Below, piece after piece: positions 1-11,715 of a DNA stretch of 64,000 nt. The notes under the pieces are model-generated. The model saw nothing but the letters and a program-made list of their open reading frames with translations, had not been told where the DNA came from and searched no databases. How positions within the stretch are numbered: position 1 is the first letter of the stretch; each line of letters opens with the position of its first letter. The stretch is from Octopus sinensis (Eukaryota), in contig NC_043023.1 of assembly GCF_006345805.1 (NCBI RefSeq), positions 18,848,001 through 18,912,000 of the forward strand, written 5' to 3'. Position numbers and translations under genes: made by a program.

Positions 1-125
1 CTAATCTGGCAATGTTTCTACAGCTGGATGCCCTTCCTAATGCCAACCACTCCGTGAGTGTAGTGGGTGCTTTTTACGTGCCACCTGCACAGGTGCCAGG
101 CGAGGCTGGCAACGGCCACGGTCGG
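1..125 (-). mobile_element. 3' UTR fragment of the RTE-type LINE family
   Basis: gtttctacagctggatgcccttcctaatgccaacc is the reverse complement of the RTE tail at ~46150-46200. Confidence 0.6.
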
Positions 126-312
126 ATTGGTGTATTTTATATAAATTAGTAAAAAGCCACCATTTATCAATTCAATAATGAAAAATTAAATTACACCATC
201 CAGAAAATTACATATTACAGAAAGATTAAATATAAGATATAAAATATAACGATGATATTTTTTATATTATTATTATTATTATTATTCAGCGGAAGAGTCT
301 ATCATATATACA

Positions 313-361
<49 letters not shown>

Positions 362-367
<6 letters not shown>

Positions 368-562
368 GTGAGGTATACTTGCCATCTCAATGTGGCTAAC
401 CACTAAGGGTGGGTGTTACTGTATTTGCAAATACCATAAGGGCACAGAAAGTGTGCCTAAAGCCAGCTGGAGACAATAATCTCCTGGGGCTACAAGCTAC
501 AGTAACACCCACCCTTAGTGGTTAGCCATATTGAGATGGCAAGTATACCTCACATTATATAT
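362..562. repeat. Inverted repeat, ~63-bp arms with ~70-bp spacer, between (TA)n tracts
   Basis: aatgtgaggtatacttgccatctcaat..gtgttactgta at 365-423 is near-perfectly reverse-complemented at 498-556. Confidence 0.85.
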
Positions 563-564
563 AT

Positions 565-960
565 TAATCAATTTAGGGTAGCAAAAAATTCAATAGAAAT
601 TTATCGCCACCAGCGGTCTAGTGAGAAAGAGAATATAGTCAAAGACTATATATATAAATTCAACAACAATTGTGGAATGGCCTTAATAGGCCATTCGACC
701 CACTAGAAAGAGCAGCCAGGACTCAAACCGCCAAGTAGTAGTAATTCAGAAATTAAAGGAAAATTTAAAAACATTTACCCTAATTCATCTTTAGACAATG
801 CATTGTTTCGGTGTTTTTAATGGCAAACCAGCTTGAATTAGGGTAAATGTTTTTAAATTTTCCTTTAATTTCTGAATTACTACTACTTGGCGGTTTGAGT
901 CCTGGCTGCTCTTTCTAGTGGGTCGAATGGCCTATTAAGGCCATTCCACAATTGTTGTTG
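565..960 (-). mobile_element. Dispersed, truncated relative of the 490-bp retrozyme-like unit with terminal inversion
   Basis: Colinear with the 490-bp unit (tagggt.gcaa, gccaccagcgg, ggccattc.acccactagaaa, aaaacatttaccct, tttaatgg.aaac). 835-960 is the reverse complement of ~661-786. Confidence 0.85.
785..812 (-). ncRNA. 3' half of a hammerhead ribozyme (truncated)
   Basis: Minus strand reads C-GAA-ACAATGCATTGT-C (palindromic helix III, GUC site) at the position homologous to the 490-bp HHR; the CUGANGA half is lost at the inversion. Confidence 0.7.
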
Positions 961-1109
961 TCACATTATATATATATATATACTGTATATATGATAGACT
1001 CTTCCGTGGAAGACGACTTATGAGCGTTCAGCTTTTGCTGAATAACCTGTATAAATGATTTGTTTTTAGAGATCAGATCTTCGTGACGCATATTAGCTCT
1101 CTCTCTCTC

Positions 1110-1290
1110 CCCCCCCATCAGATCGATGTTGTCTGATCATGTGCTCTGGCTACCACCCATTAGTTGTCGAAGGGATCGCAGAACATTGTGAGATGAAGTG
1201 TTTTGCTTGAGATCCCAACATACCGCTCGGTCTAGGAATTGAAATCACGATCGCTAGATTGTGAATGCAACACCCAAACCACTAGGCCAT
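1110..1290 (-). mobile_element. Degenerate tRNA-derived SINE fragment
   Basis: Similar to the SINE at 22100-22340 (gaagtgttttgcttgag, ggaattgaaatcacgatc). Confidence 0.5.
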
Positions 1291-1444
1291 GAACCAGAGA
1301 GCGTGAGAGAGAGACAGAGAGTGTATGAGAGACAGAGAGTGTGTGTGAGAGAGAGAGAGAAAGAGAGACACGAGAAGCTGAGAAAAAGATGAAGGTAGGT
1401 CTGTAGATGCAATAGAATAGATACTTTTATGAAATGGTGAATGT

Positions 1445-1548
1445 AGGCATAGGAGTGGCTGGGTGGTAAGTAGCTTGCTTACGAACCACATGGTTCCGGG
1501 TTCAGTCCCATTGTGAGTGGATTTGGTAGATGGAAACTGAAAGAAGCC

Positions 1549-1618
<70 letters not shown>

Positions 1619-1850
1619 ATGTACGTGTGTGTATATGTTTGTGTGTCTGTGTTTGTCCCCCTAACATCACTTGAGAACCAACGCTGGTGTGTTTATGTCC
1701 CCGTAACTTGGCGGTTCAGCAAAAGAGACCGATAGAATAAGTACTAGGCTTACAAAGAATGAGTCCTGGGGTCAATTTGCTCGACTAAAGGCGGTGCTCC
1801 AGCATGGCCACAGTCACATGACTGAAACAAATAAAAGAGTAAGAGAGTAA
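1445..1850 (+). mobile_element. SINE family A (tRNA head, internal TA/TG tract, CR1-like tail)
   Basis: ggagtggct..ggtaagtagcttgctt..ggttcagtccca head and ggcggtgctccagcatggcc tail; many copies in the window. Confidence 0.85.
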
Positions 1851-2274
1851 ATTCATCATGAATTAAACTGCGGAATTACTCGATACCATATTGTTGAATA
1901 CAAGTTCATTAACTTTGAAGTACACACACACACATAAACTAATATATATATATTTTTTAATGTAGTTGTGTCGTCGAAGTTTATATACATACATACATAC
2001 ATATACACACACACATACATACATACATACATACACACACACATACATACATACATACATACACACACACACATATGCTAATATATATATTTTTTACTGA
2101 GGTCGACTTTGCCTTTCATCCTTTCGGGGTCGATAAATTAAGTACCAGTTACTCACTGTGGTCGATATAATCGTCTTAATCCGTTTGTCTGTCCTTGTTT
2201 ATCCCCTCTGTGTTTAGCCCCTTGTGGGTAGTAAAGAAATATATATATTTTTTAATGTGGTCGTGTCGTCGAAG

Positions 2275-2306
<32 letters not shown>

Positions 2307-2526
2307 CATACACACATATGCTAATATATATATTTTTTAATGTAGTCGTGTCGTCGAAGTTTATATATATACGACGAACGGCAACGTGAAACTCAGAGTA
2401 ACAGGTTTTGTTGAATTTTCTGCTGATTTAAATAAAGCATATTACTCTACCACTGGTATTTGAGTACTCTTTTTTCCACCTTGTTTCACATTTATGTGTT
2501 TACTCCGGTATATATATATATATATA

Positions 2527-2936
2527 TAGGAGTGGCTGTGTGGTAAGTAGCTTGTTTACCAACCACATGGTTCCGGGTTCAGTCCCACTGCGTGGCACCT
2601 TCGGCAAGTGTCTTCTACTATAACCTCGGGCCGACCAATGCCTTGTGAGTGGATTTGGTAGACGGAAACTTAAAGAAGCCCGTCGTATGTATGTATATAT
2701 ATATGCGTGTGTGTGTTTGTGTGTCTGTGTTTGTCCCCCTAGCATTGCTTGACAACCGATGCTGGTGTGTTTATGTCCCCGTTACTTAGCGGTTCGGCAA
2801 AAGAGCCCGATAAAATAAGTACTGGGCTTACAAAAGAATAAGTCCCTGGGTCGAGTTGCTTGATTAAAGGCGGTGCTCCAGCATGGCCGCAGTCAAATGA
2901 CTGAAACTAATAAAAGAGTAAAAAAAGAGTAAGAGT
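2527..2936 (+). mobile_element. SINE family A
   Basis: Full-length match to the other family A copies. Confidence 0.9.
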
Positions 2937-2964
2937 ATATATATATAATTATAACAATAATTAA

Positions 2965-3670
2965 GGGTTTGGGCAAGTGTCTTCTGCTATAGCCCCGGGC
3001 CGACCAATGCCTTGTGAGTGGATTTGGTAGACGGAAACTGAAAGAAGCCTGTCGTATATATGTATATATAGGCGCAGGAGTGGCTGTGTGGTAAGTAGCT
3101 TGCTAACCAACCACATGGTTCCAGGTTCAGTCCTACTGTGTGGCATCTTGGGCAAGTGTCTTCTGCTATAGCCCCGGGCCGACCAATGCCTTGTGAGTGG
3201 ATTTGGTAGACGGAAACTGAAAGAAGCCTGTCGTATATATGTATATATAGGCGCAGGAGTGGCTGTGTGGTAAGTAGCTTGCTAACCAACCACATGGTTC
3301 CAGGTTCAGTCCTACTGTGTGGCATCTTGGGCAAGTGTCTTCTGCTATAGCCCCGGGCCGACCAATGCCTTGTGAGTGGATTTGGTAGACGGAAACTGAA
3401 AGAAGCCTGTCGTATATATGTATATATATATATATATATGTGTATGTGTGTGTTTGTATGTCGTGTTTGTCCCCCTAGCGTTGCTTGACGACCGATGCTG
3501 GTGTGTTTATGTCCCCGTTACTTAGCGGTTCGGCAAAAGAGACCGATAGAATAAGTACTGGGCTTACAAAAGAATAAGTCCCGGGGTCGAGTTGCTCGAT
3601 TAAAGGCGGTGCTCCAGCATGGCCGCAGTCAAATGACTGAAACTAATAAAAGAGTAAAAAAAGAGTAAGA
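2965..3670 (+). mobile_element. SINE family A with ~179-bp tandem duplication of the 5' half
   Basis: gggcaagtgtcttctgctatagccccggg recurs at ~2970, ~3149 and ~3329. Confidence 0.9.
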
Positions 3671-3671
3671 G

Positions 3672-4190
3672 TATATCTATATATATAAAACTGTAGTTGT
3701 GTGAGTGTCTGACCCCTTCGATTTAGATTCCTAACTACTCCCACATTTTGCGGTGCAGTTTAACCAAATTCGGGTATCTTATAGTCGTGATTAATATCGA
3801 GCCCGTCTGGCTATTAGCGCGCGTCTACGATGAATCTACGATTTTAAAAATAATTTAACATCATTTTTTATTCCATTTTAATGCATAATTTTTCGTGTGT
3901 CGATGGCGGCGGAGTTGGCGTCCATGGTCACACCTGCACCTGTTTGCTTCTCCCCCTTCTTCCCTCCCTCGTGAAGCTGTGGGGAAGGGAGTGTAAGGAA
4001 ATCAACGTCGTAATGCGTTCTCAAGGAGACCAGCGTTCTTTTAGAACAACGACTTCATGGCTTGAAGACACCAAAACAGAAATGGCTAAGAAAGCCCGAA
4101 TTGGCATCTATAAGGGAAGTAACTCTCTAAAAATGCTTATATAGTTATTTCCCTTACAAACCCGAGCAACGCCGGGCGATACTGCTAGTA
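3672..4190 (-). mobile_element. ~500-bp non-autonomous DNA element, probably Helitron/Helentron-type
   Basis: Five copies in the window; begins ACTAGCAGTATCGCCCGGCGTTGCTCGGG and ends TTTTATATATATAGAT; no ORF, no TSD seen. The class assignment is inference from the termini. Confidence 0.7.
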
Positions 4191-4192
4191 TA

Positions 4193-4430
4193 TATGTAAT
4201 TTAGCAACAAGTTGCTTCACCACATACCGAAAATTTAGAAATAGCAGCCAAAAGACCGTTATTTCTCTTTCCTACAGTCGCCGGTTGGTTTCATTATTTT
4301 TCTTCTTTTTGCCTATGTGAGTTACAAATATTGTGGAGTTAGATTTTGCAGGAAAAAGAAATAACGGTCTTTTGGCTGCTATTTCTAAATTTTCGGTATG
4401 TGGTGAAGCAACTTGTCGCTACACCCATAA
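4193..4430. repeat. Fold-back element with TAGAAATAGCAGCCAAA arms
   Basis: caagttgcttcaccacataccgaaaatttagaaatagcagccaaaagaccgttattt is reverse-complemented at ~4358-4413. Confidence 0.85.
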
Positions 4431-4454
4431 TTATTATTATAATTATATATATAT

Positions 4455-4950
4455 ACTAGCAGTATCGCCCGGCGTTGCTCGGGTTTGTAAGGGAAATAAC
4501 TATATAAGCATTTTTAGATGCCAATTCGGGCTTTCTTAGCCATTTTTGTTTTGGTGTCTTCAAGCCATGAAGTCGTTGTTCTAAAAGAACGCTGGTCTCC
4601 TTCACAACGCATTACGACGTTGATTTCTTAACACTCCCTTCCCCACAGCTTCACGAGGGAGGGAAGGGGAAGAAGCAAACAGGTGCAGGTGTGACCATGG
4701 ACGCCAACTCCGCCGCCATCGACACACGATGCATTTTATGCATTAAAATGGAATAAAAAATGATGTTAAATTATTTTTTAAATCGTAGACTCATCGTTGA
4801 CGCGCGCTAATAGTCAGACGGGCTCGATATGAATCACGACTATAAGATACCCGAATTTGGTTAAACTGCACCGCAAAATGTGGGAGGAGTTAGGAATCTA
4901 AATCGAAGGGGACAGACACTCACACAACTAGAGTTTTATATATATAGATA
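4455..4950 (+). mobile_element. ~500-bp Helitron-like element, copy with a small internal deletion
   Basis: Reverse complement of 3672-4190 lacking the gagttacttcccttata segment. Confidence 0.75.
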
Positions 4951-5058
4951 TATATATAAAGACTTTTTTTTACTGAATATGGTTCTTTTCCATACCGAAA
5001 CTACTTGGTAAAATTTATTAATTTATTAAATTAATAATTCTTTACCCTTATATTTGTA

Positions 5059-5089
<31 letters not shown>

Positions 5090-5092
<3 letters not shown>

Positions 5093-5590
5093 AAAGGGCT
5101 TAGTAAAATAAATTACTTTGCCGCATACTGAACTCATTAGAAATAGCAGCTAAAAAAAACTTTTTTAAAACTATTTCCAATACTTAAAGAAAACCTCTCT
5201 CATATAGTGCTTGCTCAATTCAACTCACGAAAGTATGGGGGTAGAGACATTAAAAAAATCAAATGCAAAGGTTATTTGAGAACGTACGTTTCAAGATTAG
5301 TCAAAATCGACATTTCTATCATCAGCTCAGAACTCCCTGGTTTGGATTTGAAAACATTGAAAGTGGGAGCATACCCTTTCGGCTTGTTATCGTTTCTGAA
5401 GATCTGCTCGAAACTAACAGTGCCAGCAAATTCAAATATGCAAGCGAAGAATTTCTGCTCTCCCCTTTCCACCAGCGTGGGTTTTCTTTAAGTATTGGAA
5501 ATAGTTTTAAAAAAGTTTTTTTTAGCTGCTATTTCTAATGAGTTCAGTATGCGGCAAAGTAATTTATTTTACTAAGCCCTTTTATATAAT
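5090..5590 (-). mobile_element. Dispersed retrozyme-like element with ~110-bp terminal inverted arms
   Basis: Arm aaagggcttag..tagaaatagcagct..aagaaaacc (5092-5195) is inverted at 5480-5584; HHR core lies in the spacer. Confidence 0.75.
5275..5332 (-). ncRNA. Type I hammerhead ribozyme motif, helix II degenerate
   Basis: Minus strand: TGAG-CTGATGA-T-AGA..GTC-gatttt-GAC..TCT-T-GAA-ACGTACGT-T-CTCA. Helix I 4 bp, palindromic helix III, U.U mismatch at the base of helix II. Confidence 0.65.
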
Positions 5591-5679
5591 GTAATAATTT
5601 GAATTCGCCTTAAATGGTCCCTTTGCATACTGAATACTTGGTGAAATTGATTAATTAATTAATTTTACCCTCAATTGTT

Positions 5680-6232
<553 letters not shown>

Positions 6233-6825
6233 ATCTTAACTCCGATGTTAAGAGAAATATATATAGAAACGGGAAATGTTATGAGTTGAATTTTTCTTTG
6301 TTATTTCGTCAGTTTTAACCTCTCTTTGCGTTTACACTCTGCTACTATCACGGCTCCTATTGCACCATAAAATATCTACATCGAAATCTCCATGTTTTTG
6401 CGACGCAATTTAATATAACAACTGTGAAAGATTTTTGTATTTTATCAATACGGTGACCATCCCACGTATAGATATATATATAAACACACATACATTCGCA
6501 AATATGTGCGTGTGTGTTCGTACATACATATGCGTAGGCATTATATAATTGTATAAAATCATGCACCATGTAAACCTTTGTAAACTTTATTGCATTTGAG
6601 AGCAAATGAAGTAGCTGCAAATGAATGATCTTTCCGCTTAAAAACCCGGTTACACCCAAGATATATCCGTCTCAGTTTCTGAAAACTTCATGCATTGTCC
6701 ATCTTTTACATTCTGCATCATGAATTTATAACAACAAAATTTTTATCGTTACAACCGACTGACACCGACATTTCATCATATTATCGTGTTACTAATCAAC
6801 CTTAACAGTTACGTACATATATATA

Positions 6826-7232
6826 TGTGGCTGTGTGGTAAGTAGCTTGCTAACCAGCCACATGGTTCCGGGTTCAGTCCCACTGCGCGGCATCTTGGGC
6901 AAGTGTCTTCTGCTATAGCCCCGGGCCAACCAATGCCTTGTGAGTGGATTTGGTAGACGGAAACTGAAAGAAGCCTGTCGTATATATATGTATGTATGTG
7001 TGTGTATATGTTTGTGTGTCTGTGTTTGTCCCTCTAGCATTGCTTGACAACCGATGCTGGTGTGTTTACGTCCCCCGTCACTTAGCGGTTCGGCAAAAGA
7101 GACCGATAGAATAAGTACTGGGCTTACAAAAGAATAAGTCCCGGGGTCAAGTTGCTCGATTAAAAGGCGGTGCTCCAGCATGGCCGCAGTCAAATGACTG
7201 AAACAAGTAAAAGAGTAAGAGTAAAAGAGTAT
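6826..7232 (+). mobile_element. SINE family A
   Basis: Match to family consensus. Confidence 0.9.
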
Positions 7233-7239
7233 ATATATA

Positions 7240-7345
7240 TTCTTCCCTTCTTTCCTGAGCGTCCAATAATACTTTATTTGTTCCACGTCCTCGCGTTGTT
7301 GTGTTTTTTTGTTGTTTTCTTGTGTTTTCTTGTTTGGATTAACTA
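7240..7345. mobile_element. Truncated copy of the repeat at 16396-16630
   Basis: tttcctgagcgtccaataa..ttgttccac.tcctcgcgttgttg..tttggattaac is the reverse complement of ~16398-16502. Confidence 0.7.
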
Positions 7346-8835
7346 TATACAGCTTCTTTTTCAGAGCTTTCTTGCAAGTGGTAAGCATGCCCTATCCATA
7401 AGGGAGGTAGCAGAGCAGATGCTAAAAATTATAGGCCTATCTCTCTGACCTCACACATCAGCAAAATCATGGAACAAATAGTCCGTAAGAAACTAATCAT
7501 GTTCCTTGAAGAAAATGACTTGCTGTCTGACACCCAGCATGGATTTCGACCAGGTAGAGGCTGCCTAACACAGCTCCTGCAACACTATGACTGGGTGTTG
7601 AAACAGCTACTAAATGGCTCAAATGTGGATGTAATATATCTCGACTTTGCAAAAGCCTTTGATAAGGTCGATAAGGTCACAAACTGCGTGGTCTCGGCAT
7701 AGGCGGAAAACTTGGAGAGTGGCTGCATAACTTCCTAAAAGACAGAAAACAGGCAGTTGTGAGCAATGGAGCCACCTCCAAGGAAACACAAATAGCAAGC
7801 GGTGTCCCACAGGGCACTGTCTTGGGGCCACTGATGTTCATAGTGGCCCTTTCAGGCATGCCTTCAGTTGCTACGATGACCACCCTTGCTAGCTATGCAG
7901 ATGATACAAAAGTCTCCCACGCAATACAAAACCCTGAAAATATTGCGCATCTGCAACAGGAGTTGGACACAATATACAGGTGGGCTGAGGACAACAACAT
8001 GCAGTTTAATGCAGGTAAGTTCCAGGCCCTGTGCTACTGGCACACAAAGGTAAACGACGTGCAGACTGGATACACTGGCCCAGGAAGAATTGCAGACCTG
8101 GGCATTGACATGAGCAATAATGCATCTTTCCAAGTGCATATTGCTAATCTGGTGATAAAATGCAGACGGCTAGCTGGATGGATTCTCCAAACTTTCAGAA
8201 CAAGAGAGGAGACACTGATGGTTCTATGGAAAACATTCGTCCTCAGCCGCTTGGACTACTGCTCCCAACTGTGGTCACCACACAATATAAAACTAACAGC
8301 AGAACTCGAAGCAATTCAGAGAAGCTACACAAAGAAAATCATCTCAATGCAAAATATCAGCTACTGGGAAAGACTGAAGGTATTAAACCTCTTCTCCCTA
8401 GAGCGGAGGCGGGAGAGATATGCGGTGATATACATCTGGAAAATCCTGGAAGGTCTTGTCCCAAACTTTGGCATTCAAAGTTACCCCAACCGCAGAACGG
8501 GGCGCCACTGCATGGTGCCAAGGATTCCAACATCACCATCAAAATACAGGTCCAGATACTGCAACAGCTTGGGTTTCAGAGGACCACAGCTCTTTAACAT
8601 CCTCCCTAAATGCCTGAGAGACTTACATGGTGTGGATGTGGGTTTCTTTAAAACTAAACAGGATCTCTTCTTGTCGGGAGTCCCAGATGAACCTACCTCA
8701 CGACAGGAGACATAGATGCGGGCAGCAGCATCGAACTCCCTTGTTGATCAAGTGCCACGTATCAGAGGTGGATTCACAAATTAGTGTAGCTCATTCAGCG
8801 GTAGTGCCCCAGCATAACCGTGGCCTTCGGGCTAA
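7345..8835 (+). mobile_element. 5'-truncated CR1-clade LINE, reverse transcriptase remnant with frameshift
   Basis: NYRPISLTS, QHGFRPGR, YLDFAKAFDKV, SGVPQGTVLGP, YADD, LDYCSQLWSP, SLERRRER; frame break near 7670-7700; 3' UTR ends gtgccccagcataaccg. Confidence 0.92.
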
Positions 8836-9017
8836 CGTTTTAAGGATTTAAGGATATATATATATATATATAACTGTTAAGAAACCGGAAACCGGGCCCA
8901 TGAGCTCATGGGCCCGGTTTCCCGGTTTCAATGGCGTATGTCCATCGCAGCGTTACTCAATTTTGCCAGCTGAGTGGACTGGAGCAACATATATATATAT
9001 GTATACATATACATACA

Positions 9018-9068
<51 letters not shown>

Positions 9069-9156
9069 ATATATATATATATATATATATAATATATATA
9101 TATACATATATATATATATATTATATATATTATATAATATATATATATATGCAATA

Positions 9157-9590
9157 AAGGGTGGAATATAATTAATTTAATAAAATTAATCAATTTCACC
9201 TAGTTGATTTATCGGTATGGAAAAGACCATATTTGGTAAGGGTTATAATAATTGTAATTAAGGGTTTAATGCAACAAGTTGCTCATAACCACATACCGAA
9301 AATATTAGAAATAGCAGCCAAAATTGATCACTATTTCCTCTACTAGTAAAAAGTCTCCACAAACAAACAGAATTTGTAAGCTGTATATGGCAAAAAAGGC
9401 AGAAAATAACGAAATCCCAGTCTATGGATTAATTATAGACGACATCTTTTCTGGATTAGAACCGAAGGTTCATTTCCTTGTCAATATAATATTTCCTATA
9501 GATCTAGAAATGCTAGGGGAAAAACTCACCCGTTACACCAGCACGACCAGCGACATCGGACGGCCTTACGGAACTGAAGGAAATGACTAA
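9157..9590. mobile_element. Member of the TAAGGG/TAGAAATAGCAGCCAAA family with no recognisable HHR
   Basis: caagttgctcataaccacataccgaaaatattagaaatagcagccaaaa matches 4208-4252; starts taaagggtgg next to (TA)n. Confidence 0.6.
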
Positions 9591-9900
9591 AGCCGTGTGA
9601 GTGGATTTGGTAGACGGAAACTGAAAGAAGCCCCTGGTATATATGTATATTTATATATATATATGTGTGCGTGTGCGTGTATACGTTTGTGAGTCTGTGT
9701 TTGCCCCCTCCCGTAAACATCGCTTGATACCAATGTGTTTACGTCCCCGTCACTTAGCGGTTCGGAAAAAGAGACCGATAGAATAAGTACTAAGCTTACA
9801 AAGAATAAGTCTTGGGGTCGATTTGCTCGAGTAAAGGCGGTGCTCCAGCATGGCCACAGCCAAATGACTGAAACAAGTAAAAGAGTAAAGAGTAAAGAGT
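9590..9900 (+). mobile_element. SINE family A, 5'-truncated
   Basis: gtgagtggatttggtagacggaaac through aagagtaaagag. Confidence 0.85.
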
Positions 9901-9927
9901 AATATATATATAATAATATATATATAT

Positions 9928-9959
<32 letters not shown>

Positions 9960-10159
9960 ATTATAGATAGATAGATAGATAGATAGATGATAGATAGATA
10001 GATATACATACAATGTAGACATTTATACACATAATAAAAATAATGTTGTGTACATAGACATGTATATATATGTATACATATATACCTAATATATATAACT
10101 ATAATATATATATATATATAGTATATATATATATATAATATATATACATACATATATAT

Positions 10160-10197
<38 letters not shown>

Positions 10198-10259
10198 ATA
10201 AAAATAATGATCCGTACATAGACATGTATATACATTGTATACATATATACCCATATACA

Positions 10260-10327
<68 letters not shown>

Positions 10328-10333
10328 CAATAT

Positions 10334-10402
<69 letters not shown>

Positions 10403-10553
10403 ATAAAATAAATATAAGAGAGTGGTCACTATATTGATCACTCTAGCACCAGTTAATCCAAAAGGTTTCAACCACGAAAATACATGTTTCCCATGAAAGC
10501 CAAGTACGACTGTTAGCTCACACGGACAGGGCAAATAAAAAATAACAAAAATA

Positions 10554-10647
10554 CAGATTATTTTGGGACAATTGTTTCGCTATTAATGAATTAAATGTAA
10601 TATTACTTACAATAATCCATTTGTAGCTCGTCAGCCAAGACTATCTG
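10554..10647 (-). ncRNA. Type I hammerhead ribozyme, 531-bp family, copy 1
   Basis: Minus strand: CAGATagtcTTGG-CTGACGA-GCTA..TAGC-GAA-ACAATTGT-C-CCAAaataATCTG; canonical core, G10.1-C11.1 pair, GUC site. Confidence 0.9.
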
Positions 10648-11084
10648 GATGAAATCCACTCAATCACACGCCAGATTTTACCATAACGATAAATACGCGT
10701 GTGGTTCAATTGATTACATCCGACGTTATAATTCAAATGCCCCAACCAACAGCGCGCCAAACTCTCACGGAAAAAATACAGCATTTAGAAATAAATGCAG
10801 CATAATTATAATTAATTAATAAGGGTGAGAGAATTAGATACTAATTAATAGTATATTTATTCCACACCAAGTGGCCTAGTGCTACGAGAAACCTGGATTA
10901 TTATAATATTTTATAACATATTATAATATTTTCACAAAATAAATATAAGAGAGTGGTCACTATATTGATCACTCTAGCACCAGTTAATCCAAAAGGTTTC
11001 AACCACGAAAATACATGTTTCCCATGAAAGCCAAGTACGACTGTTAGCTCACACGGACAGGGCAAATAAAAAATAACAAAAATA

Positions 11085-11178
11085 CAGATTATTTTGGGAC
11101 AATTGTTTCGCTATTAATGAATTAAATGTAATATTACTTACAATAATCCATTTGTAGCTCGTCAGCCAAGACTATCTG
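11085..11178 (-). ncRNA. Type I hammerhead ribozyme, 531-bp family, copy 2
   Basis: Same motif as copy 1. Confidence 0.9.
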
Positions 11179-11622
11179 GATGAAATCCACTCAATCACAC
11201 GCCAGATTTTACCATAACGATAAATACGCGTGTGGTTCAATTGATTACATCGACGTTATAATTCAAATGCCCCAACCAACAGCGCGCCAAACTCTCACGG
11301 AAACAAATACAGCATTTAGAAATAAATGCAGCATAATTATAATTAATTAATAAGGGTGAGAGAATTAGATACTAATTTAATAGTATTTTATTCCACACCA
11401 AGTGGCCTAGTGCTACGAGAAACCTGGATTATTATAATATTTTTAACATATTATAATATTTTCACAAAATAATATAAGAGAGTGGTCACTATATTGATCA
11501 CTCTAGCACCAGTTAATCCAAAAGGTTTCAACCACGAAAATACATGTTTCCATGAAAGCCAAGTACGACTGTTAGCTCACACGGACAGGGCAAATAAAAA
11601 ATAAAAAAAAATAACAAAAATA

Positions 11623-11715
11623 CAGATTATTTTGGGACAATTGTTTCGCTATTATGAATTAAATGTAATATTACTTACAATAATCCATTTGTAGCTCGTC
11701 AGCCAAGACTATCTG
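11623..11715 (-). ncRNA. Type I hammerhead ribozyme, 531-bp family, copy 3
   Basis: Same motif, one base missing in the helix II extension. Confidence 0.88.

Noticed and set aside
3881-4144. 87-aa ORF MHNFSCVDGGG.. seen three times
   Set aside because: Lies inside the non-coding Helitron-like repeat; conservation is due to recent copying.
6240-6790. Unique AT-rich stretch as coding exon(s)
   Set aside because: Only short frames without recognisable motifs or consistent splice signals.
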